Source: Naegleria gruberi
Taxonomy: Eukaryota
DNA length: 64,000 nt
Direction: 5' to 3' (one strand)
Assembly: GCA_000004985.1 (NCBI GenBank)
Contig: GG738867.1
Below the pieces are notes generated by a model. The model was not told the DNA's origin. It ran no database searches and saw only the letters and a list, made by a program, of their open reading frames with translations. Positions 46,832 through 57,422 of the stretch are shown here, piece by piece; position 1 is the stretch's first letter, and each line of letters opens with the position of its first letter. A program made the position numbers and the translations under genes.

Positions 46832-48919
46832 TTACAATTTGTCTAGTATGTTTCTGACTCGCTTAAAGTTACTAACTTTTCGTTCCTGCAAAGTAGATTT
46901 GTCTGATTTTAAGAGCTGGTTCTTAAAATGCACTCGTTCATCAATCAAGTGTTGTTCATAATTTTCCAAATCTTTCCTCATACCTCCACCATTCATTTTA
47001 ATGTAGTGACTTAGGTTTCCTAGTAATGAATAGAAGCAACTTGTGGATACTATTCCATTTTCACTAGTTGAATATGCGACAGGAACATATTCTGGATGCT
47101 TATGTTTCTTGCTTATAAAAGTAAGAGTTGGCTGACTGCTGTGGTTTGCAACTTTTGCAGATTCATGGAAATTGGAAAACGAAAGTTCCAAATTAGTTTG
47201 GTAAATTCTTTGGGGAATTGGAACGCCAAAATTATTGTATATACAATCTAGTCCTAGTGTAGAATCGTTACTTTCTGCTGGTTGAGGTATCAGCCCAATA
47301 GCGCTGAATTTGATTTCCTTTCTCCAGTTTTGTGTGCTTAATTTGTATTTCTGTAATAAGGTTTTATCCAATATCGAAGGGAAGTATGGAATTCTAGAAG
47401 ACAACTCTACATATGATGAAATGTCAACAGAGCAAGGTGCTGTCACATTCAAAGTGAATGAATTACCCCATGCACTTGAGCTTACACCTGAAAAGTACAA
47501 TCTTCTACCATCTCGATCGGTTTCAATAAGTGTTCCCTTCACATATAGCTTGGAAACAATTTGACTGTGCACATATTCGTTTCTAGATGGTCTATGAACT
47601 CCTTTAGGTTTAAAGTTTGCTTTTTTCACTTTGGAAATTGGTGGTTGACCCTCCAATCTAATCATTCTGTATCTGTATACTAAAGCTCCAAAATCACCTG
47701 TTTTTAACCTTTGTGGTTCTCTCCAATAATCGGTAACCCAATATAACCCATCATATCTATAACCTTTAGCAGGTGCATAGGCAGAATCTAATTGATAACC
47801 TCTCACAAGTCTGACTGGCATTCTTCTTTTCATACTCTCCACCAAACTGATATTATATCGATTAAGAGTTTGATTCTCAGTATCAGTACCACCTTGACCA
47901 GTATAAATAAAAACATCTCCATAATCTTCGTCTCCATATCCACCCATAGCCATAGCAACAATAGAATCAGATGGAACACCAAAATGCCCACTGATACCAG
48001 GTTGAGTTGGTGTGTGTGAACCTTTCCTTGAGCATGTTAATCTAGTTTCATAAACTGTAAAGACGTCATCTCTGTGACCATACACTCTACTTTTAATCCT
48101 GATAGGTTCTGTGAGTAGCTCATCTGCCTTCTCATCTCTGTATCGAATAGTTTTCCACTCGGAAGCTTTTCCCATAAACTTTTTGTCCTTCTCTGTAATT
48201 GTTGAACTTCTCTTTAGTTTCATATCAATTTCAAGTTTCTTTGTTTCCTGATCCTCCTCTTCGTCATGAGTGGCAACAACAAGTCTTGAACCAGAGTGAT
48301 GCAAAAGTTTGACAGATCCATTCTTTATATCCACAAAAGCATCTGTTCTTCCAGCTTCATTATTTTCCATGCAAATTGTAACAAGATCCTTATCTTTCAC
48401 TTGAGTGATGTCCTTACTTTCATCATAGTCAATTGCACAAAATGGTGTGGAATCTGAAATGAAAGCAGTCAAAGTAACTCTTTGCTTTTTATCATTAGCC
48501 TTCTCCGTCACTTGGTCAATTTTGGCTATCATGTTGCTCTCCTTTTCATCATCCTCTTCAAGTTGCAACTTTTTTGATTGTTTCCGTGATGATGCATTTT
48601 TCCATTCCTTCGCCGAAGTTAATTTTGCCTGTTTGGCTTTGGATACTCCATTAGTTGATGTTGTCTTTCTCTTGTTGTTAGTTTTATCACTTGTTGTTGT
48701 TGATGATTTTGATTTCTTATTATTGGTTGTCTTTGACTTGGTTATAACAGGAGAAGACATTAATTCATCAGAGTCATCAGATAATTCATTCATTTTCTTC
48801 TTCTTACTCCTATTAATCTTATATTCCTCATATTGATCCGATGAAGAAGAATCATCTAAATATTTTGTGTGATTCTTGTTGGTTAGAGTAGCCGTTTCAC
48901 CACTCCTGATAATTCTCAT
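46832..48919 (-). CDS. SRA (SET and RING-associated, YDG) domain protein without recognisable SET/RING/PHD partner domains
   Basis: The SRA region is GHFGVPSDSIVAMAMGGYGDEDYGDVFIYTGQGG...PVRLVRGYQLDSAYAPAKGYRYDGLYWV. It is flanked by a basic Lys/Ser-rich N-terminus and an unassigned C-terminal domain of about 250 aa. Confidence 0.7.
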   Translation of the reverse strand: MRIIRSGETATLTNKNHTKYLDDSSSSDQYEEYKINRSKKKKMNELSDDSDELMSSPVITKSKTTNNKKSKSSTTTSDKTNNKRKTTSTNGVSKAKQAKLTSAKEWKNASSRKQSKKLQLEEDDEKESNMIAKIDQVTEKANDKKQRVTLTAFISDSTPFCAIDYDESKDITQVKDKDLVTICMENNEAGRTDAFVDIKNGSVKLLHHSGSRLVVATHDEEEDQETKKLEIDMKLKRSSTITEKDKKFMGKASEWKTIRYRDEKADELLTEPIRIKSRVYGHRDDVFTVYETRLTCSRKGSHTPTQPGISGHFGVPSDSIVAMAMGGYGDEDYGDVFIYTGQGGTDTENQTLNRYNISLVESMKRRMPVRLVRGYQLDSAYAPAKGYRYDGLYWVTDYWREPQRLKTGDFGALVYRYRMIRLEGQPPISKVKKANFKPKGVHRPSRNEYVHSQIVSKLYVKGTLIETDRDGRRLYFSGVSSSAWGNSFTLNVTAPCSVDISSYVELSSRIPYFPSILDKTLLQKYKLSTQNWRKEIKFSAIGLIPQPAESNDSTLGLDCIYNNFGVPIPQRIYQTNLELSFSNFHESAKVANHSSQPTLTFISKKHKHPEYVPVAYSTSENGIVSTSCFYSLLGNLSHYIKMNGGGMRKDLENYEQHLIDERVHFKNQLLKSDKSTLQERKVSNFKRVRNILDKL

Positions 48920-48963
48920 TTTTTTTGAACGTTTAAATGTTTTTGAAATTTGGCGGCAAAAGT

Positions 48964-49923
48964 TTATTCTCTTCTCTTGGTTGGCATGAGTGAGGCAACT
49001 CTACTCTTATCCTTTCTCTTGGTCTTTTTGATGAATTTGTTCATCTTGCCTGATTTTTTGATACCTTCAACTTTTCTTTCTTTGAGAATCTTTTTCACAT
49101 CAGAATCTTTTAAGAAGTAAGCTTGTTTACCCTTTTCTGAGATTAATTTCTTTTCTCTCTTGTAGAATGAGTCTTTGACCTCTGCAACGGCCTTTTGAGT
49201 TTCGAATTTCTTATTTCTGGTTTGAAGTCTTGAAATTTCTCTTTGAATTTCATTTCTGTCCTCATAGGTCAGTGATTTATCTCTTAATCTTTCTCTATTT
49301 TCGTCTATTTCATCCTTTAATTGATCGAAAACATGTTTATAATGGCCAGAAAATTGTTTAAACGATGATGGATCTGTATCACTTGCTGTTGGGTCAAATC
49401 TAGGATCACGTGACTTTTTTTTCACATAACCCAATCTCTTTGCAATGTCTGGAATGGATTTTGGTTTGAGTTTTGAACTCACTTCCTTTGGAGCATTCTT
49501 ATTTTTCCTTTCAATAACAGTCTTTTCACCCTTTTCAACTTTTTTCTTTGTTGGAGTATGATGTTTACCATTACGATGTCTATTTTGTTGTTGAAGATGC
49601 TTATCATTTGTTTTGAAATTTGATTTTGGTTTCATATTACTGAGTGCCAATCTTTCAGCAAATGAAAGTGTTTTTTCATCCTCCGAAGATGATTCTTTAT
49701 CCTCCTCTTCATCATCTTCCATTTCTTCATCTTCATCTTGTTCTTGTTGTTCGGAATTGTCAGCCTGTTGTTCCTCTTCATAGAGTGCATTTAGTTCATC
49801 ATCATTTAATTCATCCTCTTCATCTATTGGTTCTTGTTCCGCATCATCATATTGATTTTCCACCTCATCGTCATCGTATTGTGGTGCTGTTTGCTTTCTC
49901 TTTAGAAACATTTTTTTTGTCAA
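48964..49923 (-). CDS. Acidic/basic nucleolar-type protein, RRP36-like (tentative)
   Basis: The 319-aa ORF has a poly-acidic N-terminus, a basic C-terminus, and FLKDSDVKKILKERKVEGIKK, which resembles the DUF947/RRP36 tail. Confidence 0.4.
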   Translation of the reverse strand: MTKKMFLKRKQTAPQYDDDEVENQYDDAEQEPIDEEDELNDDELNALYEEEQQADNSEQQEQDEDEEMEDDEEEDKESSSEDEKTLSFAERLALSNMKPKSNFKTNDKHLQQQNRHRNGKHHTPTKKKVEKGEKTVIERKNKNAPKEVSSKLKPKSIPDIAKRLGYVKKKSRDPRFDPTASDTDPSSFKQFSGHYKHVFDQLKDEIDENRERLRDKSLTYEDRNEIQREISRLQTRNKKFETQKAVAEVKDSFYKREKKLISEKGKQAYFLKDSDVKKILKERKVEGIKKSGKMNKFIKKTKRKDKSRVASLMPTKRRE

Positions 49924-50293
49924 TTAACTTGTTGATCTTCTCCTATTCATAGAACAATATTAGATGACCGATTTATTGTTTGTTGTTTAGATTGTTTATT
50001 AATTTCATAAATATACTTTCAAATATTCATGGCAGCTGTGATGATATGATGAAATTCCGTTGTTTATTTGCAATAAATTTTTGGCGCCATTCTTTACAGT
50101 TTGAAAGGTTTTAACCACATTTCAAATCAGAAAAAAACAAGTTAAGGTTTGAACAACCACCCCAACCACTCTTTGTACATAACTACATTCAAAACGTTCG
50201 GATCCGATTAATAATCAGTTAATTCTTGTTTATTATTTCATTATCTTGTCTTGTTGAAAATAACAATCATATCACACAACTTTTATCATCAAA

Positions 50294-50797
50294 ATGAATA
50301 GACCTAAAGGTGTTACTCCGAATGCTGCTGTGCATTCTCTCAAGGAAACTTTAAAGAAGGAACACTATACAAGAGTCCAGTGGGAACAACAATACGGGAA
50401 ACAATTTAAGGACCAACAAAATGAGAATGAATTCCTGTCATCACGAAAGGATTTTGTCACCTCCAGATATAATGAAAGTAGTAGCAAACCAAGAAGATTG
50501 CACGTAGAGATTGATCCATCAGAGGTCGATGATGAAGGAGATTATGATGAAAGTGATCCAAACTTATTCAGTGGATACAGCTCGAGATTTTGTGGATTTT
50601 ATCTGCCAACCGAGAAAACCAATACATTTAAGACAACACAATCTCTGGAACAAACTGAGAAAGCTATTGAACTCGAACATAAGGATAACTTTAGAAAAAA
50701 GCATTGGCTCAAGATGTACTTTGAGGAGAGTGCCAAGATGCAAAATTTATTCAAGAATCCTGGTGATAAATCAGCACCTGCAGCAACCAAGAAATAA
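50294..50797 (+). CDS. Hypothetical protein (167 aa)
   Basis: Intact ORF with coding-like composition. Confidence 0.4.
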   Translation: MNRPKGVTPNAAVHSLKETLKKEHYTRVQWEQQYGKQFKDQQNENEFLSSRKDFVTSRYNESSSKPRRLHVEIDPSEVDDEGDYDESDPNLFSGYSSRFCGFYLPTEKTNTFKTTQSLEQTEKAIELEHKDNFRKKHWLKMYFEESAKMQNLFKNPGDKSAPAATKK

Positions 50798-50798
50798 A

Positions 50799-51137
50799 TT
50801 AATCTGATTGTTGATGTGAAATGACTTGGTCAAAGATATTTACATTGTATTCAGTTGAAAGTTTTCCATTCTTCTGATAGATTGCCTGAAGCATTGATTC
50901 CCTATCTTCCTTAGACATTTTCCGTATCACATCTTCCATGTGCTTTTTCCTTTGGGGTGAGATCAAGAGGATTTGTTTTAAGGGTTCAATAGAGTCCTTC
51001 ACTCGTGATGGTGAATCAGTCGTCGTCAATGATGAATGATGGTGATGATAATTATTCGTCGTTGTTGTCACAACTGATTTTATTTGTGGAGTTTGAGGGC
51101 CTTGCATTTTCATGTTGCTTGGTTTGTTGTTGTTCAT
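50799..51137 (-). CDS. Hypothetical small protein (112 aa)
   Basis: Intact ORF. It lies only 1 bp from the stop of the neighbouring convergent gene. Confidence 0.3.
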   Translation of the reverse strand: MNNNKPSNMKMQGPQTPQIKSVVTTTTNNYHHHHSSLTTTDSPSRVKDSIEPLKQILLISPQRKKHMEDVIRKMSKEDRESMLQAIYQKNGKLSTEYNVNIFDQVISHQQSD

Positions 51138-51332
51138 ATAATTTTTTTGTACTGTTAAAAAAGCTTTCCAAAATCACAGATATTTGGCGCGAAACATTAT
51201 CTGTAGTACTATTATTGGAGGCAGCATGCTTTTCATTCTCGAATGGTTCACCCATTCGTTATTCATTACTACTGTTGCGAACTGGTTTGCTTCTTTGAAA
51301 TATTAATAATAACAATATTCTCTTAACAACAG

Positions 51333-51995
51333 TTATGAAAGTAATCGACTCTGTAAAACTCTATCTTCAAGGCAGAGACAAAAGATTGGTACCACAACTC
51401 TACTATTTCCAATAAAAATCCAATCATCGTCTGTGTCTTCGTCTGAATCTCTCATCATTTCCAATTCTACTTCGTCACCAACAATTGAAACAACTCTTCC
51501 CATCTTACCATGTAAATGAAAGTCTATCATTTGGAGAATGGCACAATCCTCATCAACATTGATAATCACAATGTCTTCCTTTCTCACTACCTTTGATGTA
51601 CTATTATTTGTGATGAATCTCTTAAGGGAGGACCTTCTTGAGGAGGATAGTTTCTTCACTTGAAGTGAACTGGACACTGTTCTCTGACTGTTGTGAATGG
51701 ATGAATGGTGCTGACTCATCTTATAGTTGGACAAGTAACAATGACTAGCGTTTGGTGAATAATTACTAGAGAGCAAACATGACATTTCAGCTCGTTGTTC
51801 CCTTGCATATAGTGTTGTTGGTTGATGCTGTGGGTGATTATTATTAATACTACCACTAGCTACTACTCTCTTGAGAAACATTTCAACGTTAGTAGTGAAT
51901 GGGCGTAGATTCAACAATTTGTTGAGGGAGGTTTTGGTTTTCTTTTTTTTGATGAAGATGCCCTCTCCATTCCATGCGCCAAGTTTTCCTTGCAC
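51333..51995 (-). CDS. Hypothetical Ser-rich protein (up to 220 aa; start uncertain)
   Basis: Intact ORF. It has several candidate ATGs and an acidic C-terminus. Confidence 0.35.
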   Translation of the reverse strand: MQGKLGAWNGEGIFIKKKKTKTSLNKLLNLRPFTTNVEMFLKRVVASGSINNNHPQHQPTTLYAREQRAEMSCLLSSNYSPNASHCYLSNYKMSQHHSSIHNSQRTVSSSLQVKKLSSSRRSSLKRFITNNSTSKVVRKEDIVIINVDEDCAILQMIDFHLHGKMGRVVSIVGDEVELEMMRDSDEDTDDDWIFIGNSRVVVPIFCLCLEDRVLQSRLLS

Positions 51996-52146
51996 GTGTA
52001 AAAGTACACACTTACACTCAGGGCCCTTATTTGGAGATTTTAATTGGAATTGTCCTTATTAGAGTTGAACTACCTTAATAAAACGGCCACTTGTCGTTGT
52101 TAAAAAATTGTAAAGGTCTGCGAACGTTGAATTGGTCAAATAAATA

Positions 52147-53571
52147 TCAATGTGTATTGGAAGGTGGTGTGTTTGCTCTCAGCTCTGATGATGAAATATC
52201 AACTCTAAAATCGGGAATCTCAACAAACAAGTCTTGGAAGCCACTTGGAACTTGAATTTTTTCCATGGTTAAAAAGTGTTGTTTCTCCTTCTGATCCAAT
52301 CTTCCTCCCACGAGGAATTGGCAATTCTCCTTCTTGAAGCTCAGTAATGCATTGATCATTTCACTCTCACTATTGTTGTAATACTTCTTGTCGACAATTC
52401 TAATGGCTGTATCAGCTCCGATCACAATGAAAAGCTTGGTCTCCCTATTAAAGAGTGTTACTTTCTGATTGAAAAGTGGAGCCTTTGTAACAATGCAGGA
52501 GAAATTAGAGGTTACTGCTTTCATATCCTCCAATCGTTGTGTTACTGTCATTTCATCAATTCCCTTCTTGTCAACGTTTTGAACGGAAATTTCAAAGAGT
52601 GATTGTAGACCTACTGCTTGTTGATAGCTGTTCATATGGGAGAGAGCAATTTCTCTAGCTCTTTCCATCAACTTGACATGTCCAATGTGAAGTGGGTTGA
52701 AACTTCCAGGGAAAATTATGTAATTCATGTTTTCATCCTTGAGAATTGAGTTCGATTCAGAATGACCCAACTTGAAAGTATTCACTCCATCAAATGTGTA
52801 CAATCCAACTAATGGCTTTTCCATATTGAAATCCCAACAATCCTCGGTCCACTCTCTTTCACTGATTTTCTCAGAATCAAATAATAAACTATTAAAACTA
52901 TTCTCAAATTCAGAGATTAATTGTTGATTTTCTGCAATTGTTTTAATGTTGTGTGGAAGAGAATTTTCTATTAAAAGTTTGAGAATTAGAGAGCTAATCA
53001 AACATTCTTCTTCCTCTCTTTCTCTCCTATCCTTTTCCAAAATCAAGTGATAGGTCTTATTCACAACTTTGCCCTCACTATTCATAATATTTACAGCAAT
53101 GAAGGCTTGATGCTTTCCCTTCTTTGGAGTCTTTGATCTGATAGCTCCTGTACATCCAATACCAATAGCCTTCGATAATGATTGTGCATATTGACCCAAA
53201 ATGTTACTATTGCTACTAACAATACTATTTGAATTATTTTCATCATCCAACAACTCTTGAATATTGGAAAAGAAGGAAATTTTGGCACTTCTCTCAAAAG
53301 CCTTTCTACTCATCCCCAAAGCTGTCTCCTCACTAACATACTTTACCGAGTCGACATTCTTTTCTAGAATGGGTCTATTAGTCATCACTTCATTTGTACA
53401 AGTCATGGCATACGGAATGTAGGCATCTAATAAAACACTTGATGCTCCTGGTTCCTTTAATAGCCATGAAATAGATTGGCTTCCGACTCCTGAAACAATT
53501 AAACTAGCCTTCCGAGCAGAATGTTGAAATAAGAGTTGAATGGCAGATTGTTGCAGTTTGGAATTGATCAT
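52147..53571 (-). CDS. CinA-like N-terminal domain + HxGH nucleotidyltransferase (NMN/NaMN adenylyltransferase-like) protein
   Basis: FPGSFNPLHIGHVKL is the cytidylyltransferase (T/H)xGH signature. The N-terminal segment LIVSGVGSQSISWLLKEPGASSVLLDAYIPY resembles the CinA C-terminal domain. Confidence 0.5.
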   Translation of the reverse strand: MINSKLQQSAIQLLFQHSARKASLIVSGVGSQSISWLLKEPGASSVLLDAYIPYAMTCTNEVMTNRPILEKNVDSVKYVSEETALGMSRKAFERSAKISFFSNIQELLDDENNSNSIVSSNSNILGQYAQSLSKAIGIGCTGAIRSKTPKKGKHQAFIAVNIMNSEGKVVNKTYHLILEKDRREREEEECLISSLILKLLIENSLPHNIKTIAENQQLISEFENSFNSLLFDSEKISEREWTEDCWDFNMEKPLVGLYTFDGVNTFKLGHSESNSILKDENMNYIIFPGSFNPLHIGHVKLMERAREIALSHMNSYQQAVGLQSLFEISVQNVDKKGIDEMTVTQRLEDMKAVTSNFSCIVTKAPLFNQKVTLFNRETKLFIVIGADTAIRIVDKKYYNNSESEMINALLSFKKENCQFLVGGRLDQKEKQHFLTMEKIQVPSGFQDLFVEIPDFRVDISSSELRANTPPSNTH

Positions 53572-53681
53572 TTTTTTTAATTTTAAATAATATTAAAGTG
53601 GACTATTAATAATGATCAATAGTTGACAAGGTACCATTACAAAAGTTGTAGATATAGAGAAACAAATGTTGGAAAGATAAA

Positions 53682-55583
53682 TTATAATTTTAATTGTTCA
53701 ATAAGAGAGGAAAGTTCACTATCTGAATTCTCATCAACTGAGATGGTACTTTCGTAATCCTTGATGGCATCCTTCAGACAATTAATACTTCTCTCAGTGA
53801 ATTGGTCCTTCTTTTCGGTGAGTTGTTGCTTTGTTGGCTCATCTTGAATGAATGGTAATCCTTCAATGATATTCTCACTCATTCTGTGGTAAACTTCAAA
53901 AGTGAGAATGTTGAGTCTCACCTTCCATTCTTTCATTTCCTTATTCATGAATAGAGTAGCTCCCAAGTCCAAGCAACTTCTTGCCTCTTCCAAATAATCC
54001 AAACCATTGACCGTATCTGTAATTCCTTCCATTGTGTCAAAGGCAGAAAGATAGAGGTAAATTTCAGCCAAATAAATATTGACCTTTGGGAAGCTTTCTG
54101 AACCCATTTGTTTGGTCTTTTGCATGATTGAATCCTTTTCCTTCAAATCTGGTTTAATGACTTCGAGAGCTGCCTTCAAAATTGTGGCTGCCTTGGTGGC
54201 AGCTTGGTGTGCTGTTTTCAGAACAGTAGCATCAACCTTCTCCTCCAAAAGTTGCATATACAATTTAGTTTTCAAGAGGTGGGCATATCCTAGATTGATA
54301 TTAACAAGTCCCAAGTAGTGATCTTTGGTAGAGAGTTCCTTCCTATTTGGGTCCTGTTGTGTTGGAGCAGTTTTCAGTTTGCTGAATCCAGCTTCACTCT
54401 TATCAAACCACTCAATGGCTGTATCAATGGTTTTGATGTGATTGCTAATATCTGATGGAGATTCTTTTCTCTTTTCAAGTTTGAGAGTATCTCTCAAACC
54501 AATAACATATTCATTGAGAATAAACTTTGCAACTTGTGCAGAGCTCTTCCTTTCCTCAGAGTTTTGAGACTTGTTTTCCTCAATCTTTGCCAAGTATGTA
54601 TTGGCAATATTCATACATAGAGAAGCATACTTGGTTGGATCTGTATCATTTGGCTTTCTAACCTCCAATACTTTTTGGAATGCCTTAATGGCCTCGTCAT
54701 ACTTTTTCTTTTGTTTCAACAAGTGGGCAAGTTGTGAATAACAAACAGCAAAGTCATCTGGTGAATTTTGTACAGTGACAACGTTCAATGCACTCTTTAA
54801 ATAGTACATGGCAATATCTTCATTATTGGATCTGTAAAATTTTTCATGATTGTGAGAGTAGAGAGGTGGAAATTCCTGAGTCAGAGATTTCATATCTTTC
54901 ATAACTTGGAATGGGGAGTAGGATCTTTGCAAGTATAAACTTGCCAATTGAATTTCAATCTTTGGAGCCATCAAGATAAATCTTGAATCAGAGGCAATCT
55001 GTGGAGGAATCTTAGTCTTGTTACAATTGGTGGACTCTTTGTAATCTGAGGTTTGAATTGGAGATCGATTGGATTGGACTAAAGCTTCTAGAGCAGCAAT
55101 GGAAATTTCCTGAAAGTGATTAAAATCATACTGTTTCACTTGAGGTGCATCCGAAAGTTTATAGTCAATTTTTCTTTGCTCTTCTGGAGTCAAAATCGGA
55201 GACAAATAAGGAATAATAGCTGGCAATCTTACATTTTGTAAGAAAGTGGCAAAATTGAATAGTTGAACAGTGATTTGATATTTGGCTTGAAAGTTCATTG
55301 GTGCATTATTGGCAAATTCCTTATCAGCATCCTGAAATTTGATTTCAATATATTGTGACAAATATTTGGGAAACTCCTCGGTTTGTAACAATAGGACGGA
55401 TCCTGTCTGTGCTAAGAGTTGATAAATTTCGGAGGGATTCTGAGCATTCTTTCCCATAAAATCGAGAATGGCTGTTAAAAAACGATGAGCAACACCTTCT
55501 GCTGAGTATTGTGTTGTACCTGTTGCATTATTACTACTAGAGGTGGAGGGAGATTTATTTACGGGAGTGGTGGATGAAGACAT
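53682..55583 (-). CDS. TPR-like helical repeat protein (633 aa), possibly KIF-binding-protein-like
   Basis: It has repeated Tyr/Ala/Leu-rich helix pairs (AMYYLKSALNV, FAVCYSQLAHLLKQKKKYDEAIKAF, YASLCMNIANTYLAK, NIYLAEIYLYLSAF). Confidence 0.5.
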   Translation of the reverse strand: MSSSTTPVNKSPSTSSSNNATGTTQYSAEGVAHRFLTAILDFMGKNAQNPSEIYQLLAQTGSVLLLQTEEFPKYLSQYIEIKFQDADKEFANNAPMNFQAKYQITVQLFNFATFLQNVRLPAIIPYLSPILTPEEQRKIDYKLSDAPQVKQYDFNHFQEISIAALEALVQSNRSPIQTSDYKESTNCNKTKIPPQIASDSRFILMAPKIEIQLASLYLQRSYSPFQVMKDMKSLTQEFPPLYSHNHEKFYRSNNEDIAMYYLKSALNVVTVQNSPDDFAVCYSQLAHLLKQKKKYDEAIKAFQKVLEVRKPNDTDPTKYASLCMNIANTYLAKIEENKSQNSEERKSSAQVAKFILNEYVIGLRDTLKLEKRKESPSDISNHIKTIDTAIEWFDKSEAGFSKLKTAPTQQDPNRKELSTKDHYLGLVNINLGYAHLLKTKLYMQLLEEKVDATVLKTAHQAATKAATILKAALEVIKPDLKEKDSIMQKTKQMGSESFPKVNIYLAEIYLYLSAFDTMEGITDTVNGLDYLEEARSCLDLGATLFMNKEMKEWKVRLNILTFEVYHRMSENIIEGLPFIQDEPTKQQLTEKKDQFTERSINCLKDAIKDYESTISVDENSDSELSSLIEQLKL

Positions 55584-56297
55584 TTTTTTTTGATTGACTG
55601 ATGAAGTGAAGGATTGCTAATAGCTTTAGCCAGGCTGTAATATAATGATGGCTATTCTCTTTGGTATTAGGATATGGTTATCTATTCAAAAATTGTTCCT
55701 TTGTATGAGGTTGTTGATAGTTGTTGTTTGCTGGGAACATTCAGCATCATCCAGAGAGATAACAAAGTTGGTGTAACAATTTGGTTGCCAAGGTTGGAGC
55801 GTGAAACAGTAAATTGTTGAAAAAGTTATTAATTGATGGAACACCTTAATTGTTTATTAATAATATTTACAAGGCAATTGATGCTTTCTTCCAAAAAGGA
55901 AGCAACAATTAACAAACAATTCCTAATATTAAGTTGGTTTGTTTAAATTGTTCATTTTTATATTCTAACCATGACTTTATTGGAATCTGATGAGTTCATT
56001 CACCACTGATTAGTTTTAATATTTTTGTGTTGATGAAATAACACAGAACAAATCTAATTAGTGTGAGTTTCAAGTCCTGTCCTCAAACTATTCCTCATAA
56101 TAGACAATAAAATCATCTACTTGAAGCACAGTGATAACAAATGGGCGAAACGATTTGAGCAACTTGAATAATAAAAATCCGATTAGTACATATATTAATA
56201 ATATTTTTGTTTTTAATTTCCCATGAGATGTTTATCATCATGAATATACTAGATTTGATAGAATTAGCAAAGTGATATTCCACACAAAATAGATAAT

Positions 56298-56661
56298 TTA
56301 GTTCTTAGCGGAGAAAGAGCTGAAGAGCTTGGCTCTAACTGGTGGACAAATGAAAGCATATGAAACCATGAGACCGCCACCAATGACACCACATCTGACC
56401 AAAGCACCAAAGAAAGAAGCTTGGAGAGTTCTCTTACCAACACCTGTTAATGTTATATATTGTTATGATTCATCAAGACAGTCCACAAAAACCGCAAGGA
56501 ATTTAATAAATTTCCAATTATTAAATTCCAACATTAGGAATTATGATGATGAAGTTATGATTATTAAAACATTAATATAGAGCATTGATGATGGAGCAGA
56601 AGAAAAATTATGATGAGCAAACGCGCGAAGAGAAAAACCTACCTGCACGAAGACCGGACAT
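56298..56661 (-). CDS. Small two-exon membrane protein (54 aa): MSGLRAGVGKRTLQASFFGALVRCGVIGGGLMVSYAFICPPVRAKLFSSFSAKN
   Basis: Exon 1 is 56661..56643 (ATG plus 6 codons) with a phase-1 gtaggt donor. The intron is 199 nt (56444..56642). Exon 2 is 56443..56298 after a ttaacag acceptor. The single TM carries a Gly zipper. The ORF track does not show it. Confidence 0.4.
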
Positions 56662-56780
56662 TTTTTGAAATTTTTTTGTTGTTTGTGTCTGCTTTGTAAA
56701 GCTTTTAATAGAGCCTTCCTTGTGGAGAATTAAATAATAAGAATATTAAAATATTATTAAATAGTAAAACATAATCGGAT

Positions 56781-57366
56781 TCATTTATTCTTTAAATTCT
56801 TTGAACGAATATCAATATCTAAAATCATCAGCTCTAGCAAGGTGTCGTTTGATTTAATCAAGGTTGAACTCTCCAAGTTATTATTACCCTTCGATGGAGT
56901 ACTGGAAGAAGGGGTGACAATATCATTGAATTGAGGCTCATTAGATGTTATCTTCTTTTGATAATAGTCATCAATTGTTTGTGATGATTTGTGGATGATG
57001 CTTTTTGGTGTCAAGGCAAGGTTGAGTTGATTCTTTAAAATTCGATGTTCTTCATTGAGGCTCAATTTCTCTCCAATTAAATTCTCACATAAAGATCCTA
57101 ATAAATCGAATTGTTTTTCCAATGTGATGGTTGTTGTTTCAAGTTCCTCTCTCAATCTAAGATCATTCTCAACTATTCTTGCAAAGGCTAATTCATTGCT
57201 CAATACCTTTACAATTATGATGATGAATTAAAAAGCGAAACTTTAATCTTACCTCCTGTTGTATTTTATTAAACTCAATTGGAAATGATTTCTTTTCATC
57301 TTCCCTTCTCGAAAATACACCTTCTTCTTGCTTGATAGAATTACTAAACAGAAACTTGTGCGCCAT
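56781..57366 (-). CDS. Coiled-coil protein (179 aa), 2 exons
   Basis: Exon 1 is 57366..57253 (MAHKFLFSNSIKQEE...IQQE) with a gtaaga donor and a 46-nt intron. Exon 2 is 57206..56781 after a gtaaag acceptor. Confidence 0.5.
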
Positions 57367-57422
57367 ATTTTTTAAATCTTGTTTTTCGTATAAAGGCTTA
57401 TTTCCCACAGATTGGATTTTGC

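Noticed and set aside
55960-56010. Possible C/D-box snoRNA (TGATGA ... CTGA)
   Set aside because: The boxes are only about 20 nt apart with no terminal stem, so the element is too short for a C/D snoRNA.
56329-56580. Plus-strand 83-aa ORF
   Set aside because: It lies antisense over exon 2 and the intron of the small minus-strand membrane-peptide gene, which has a coherent spliced model.
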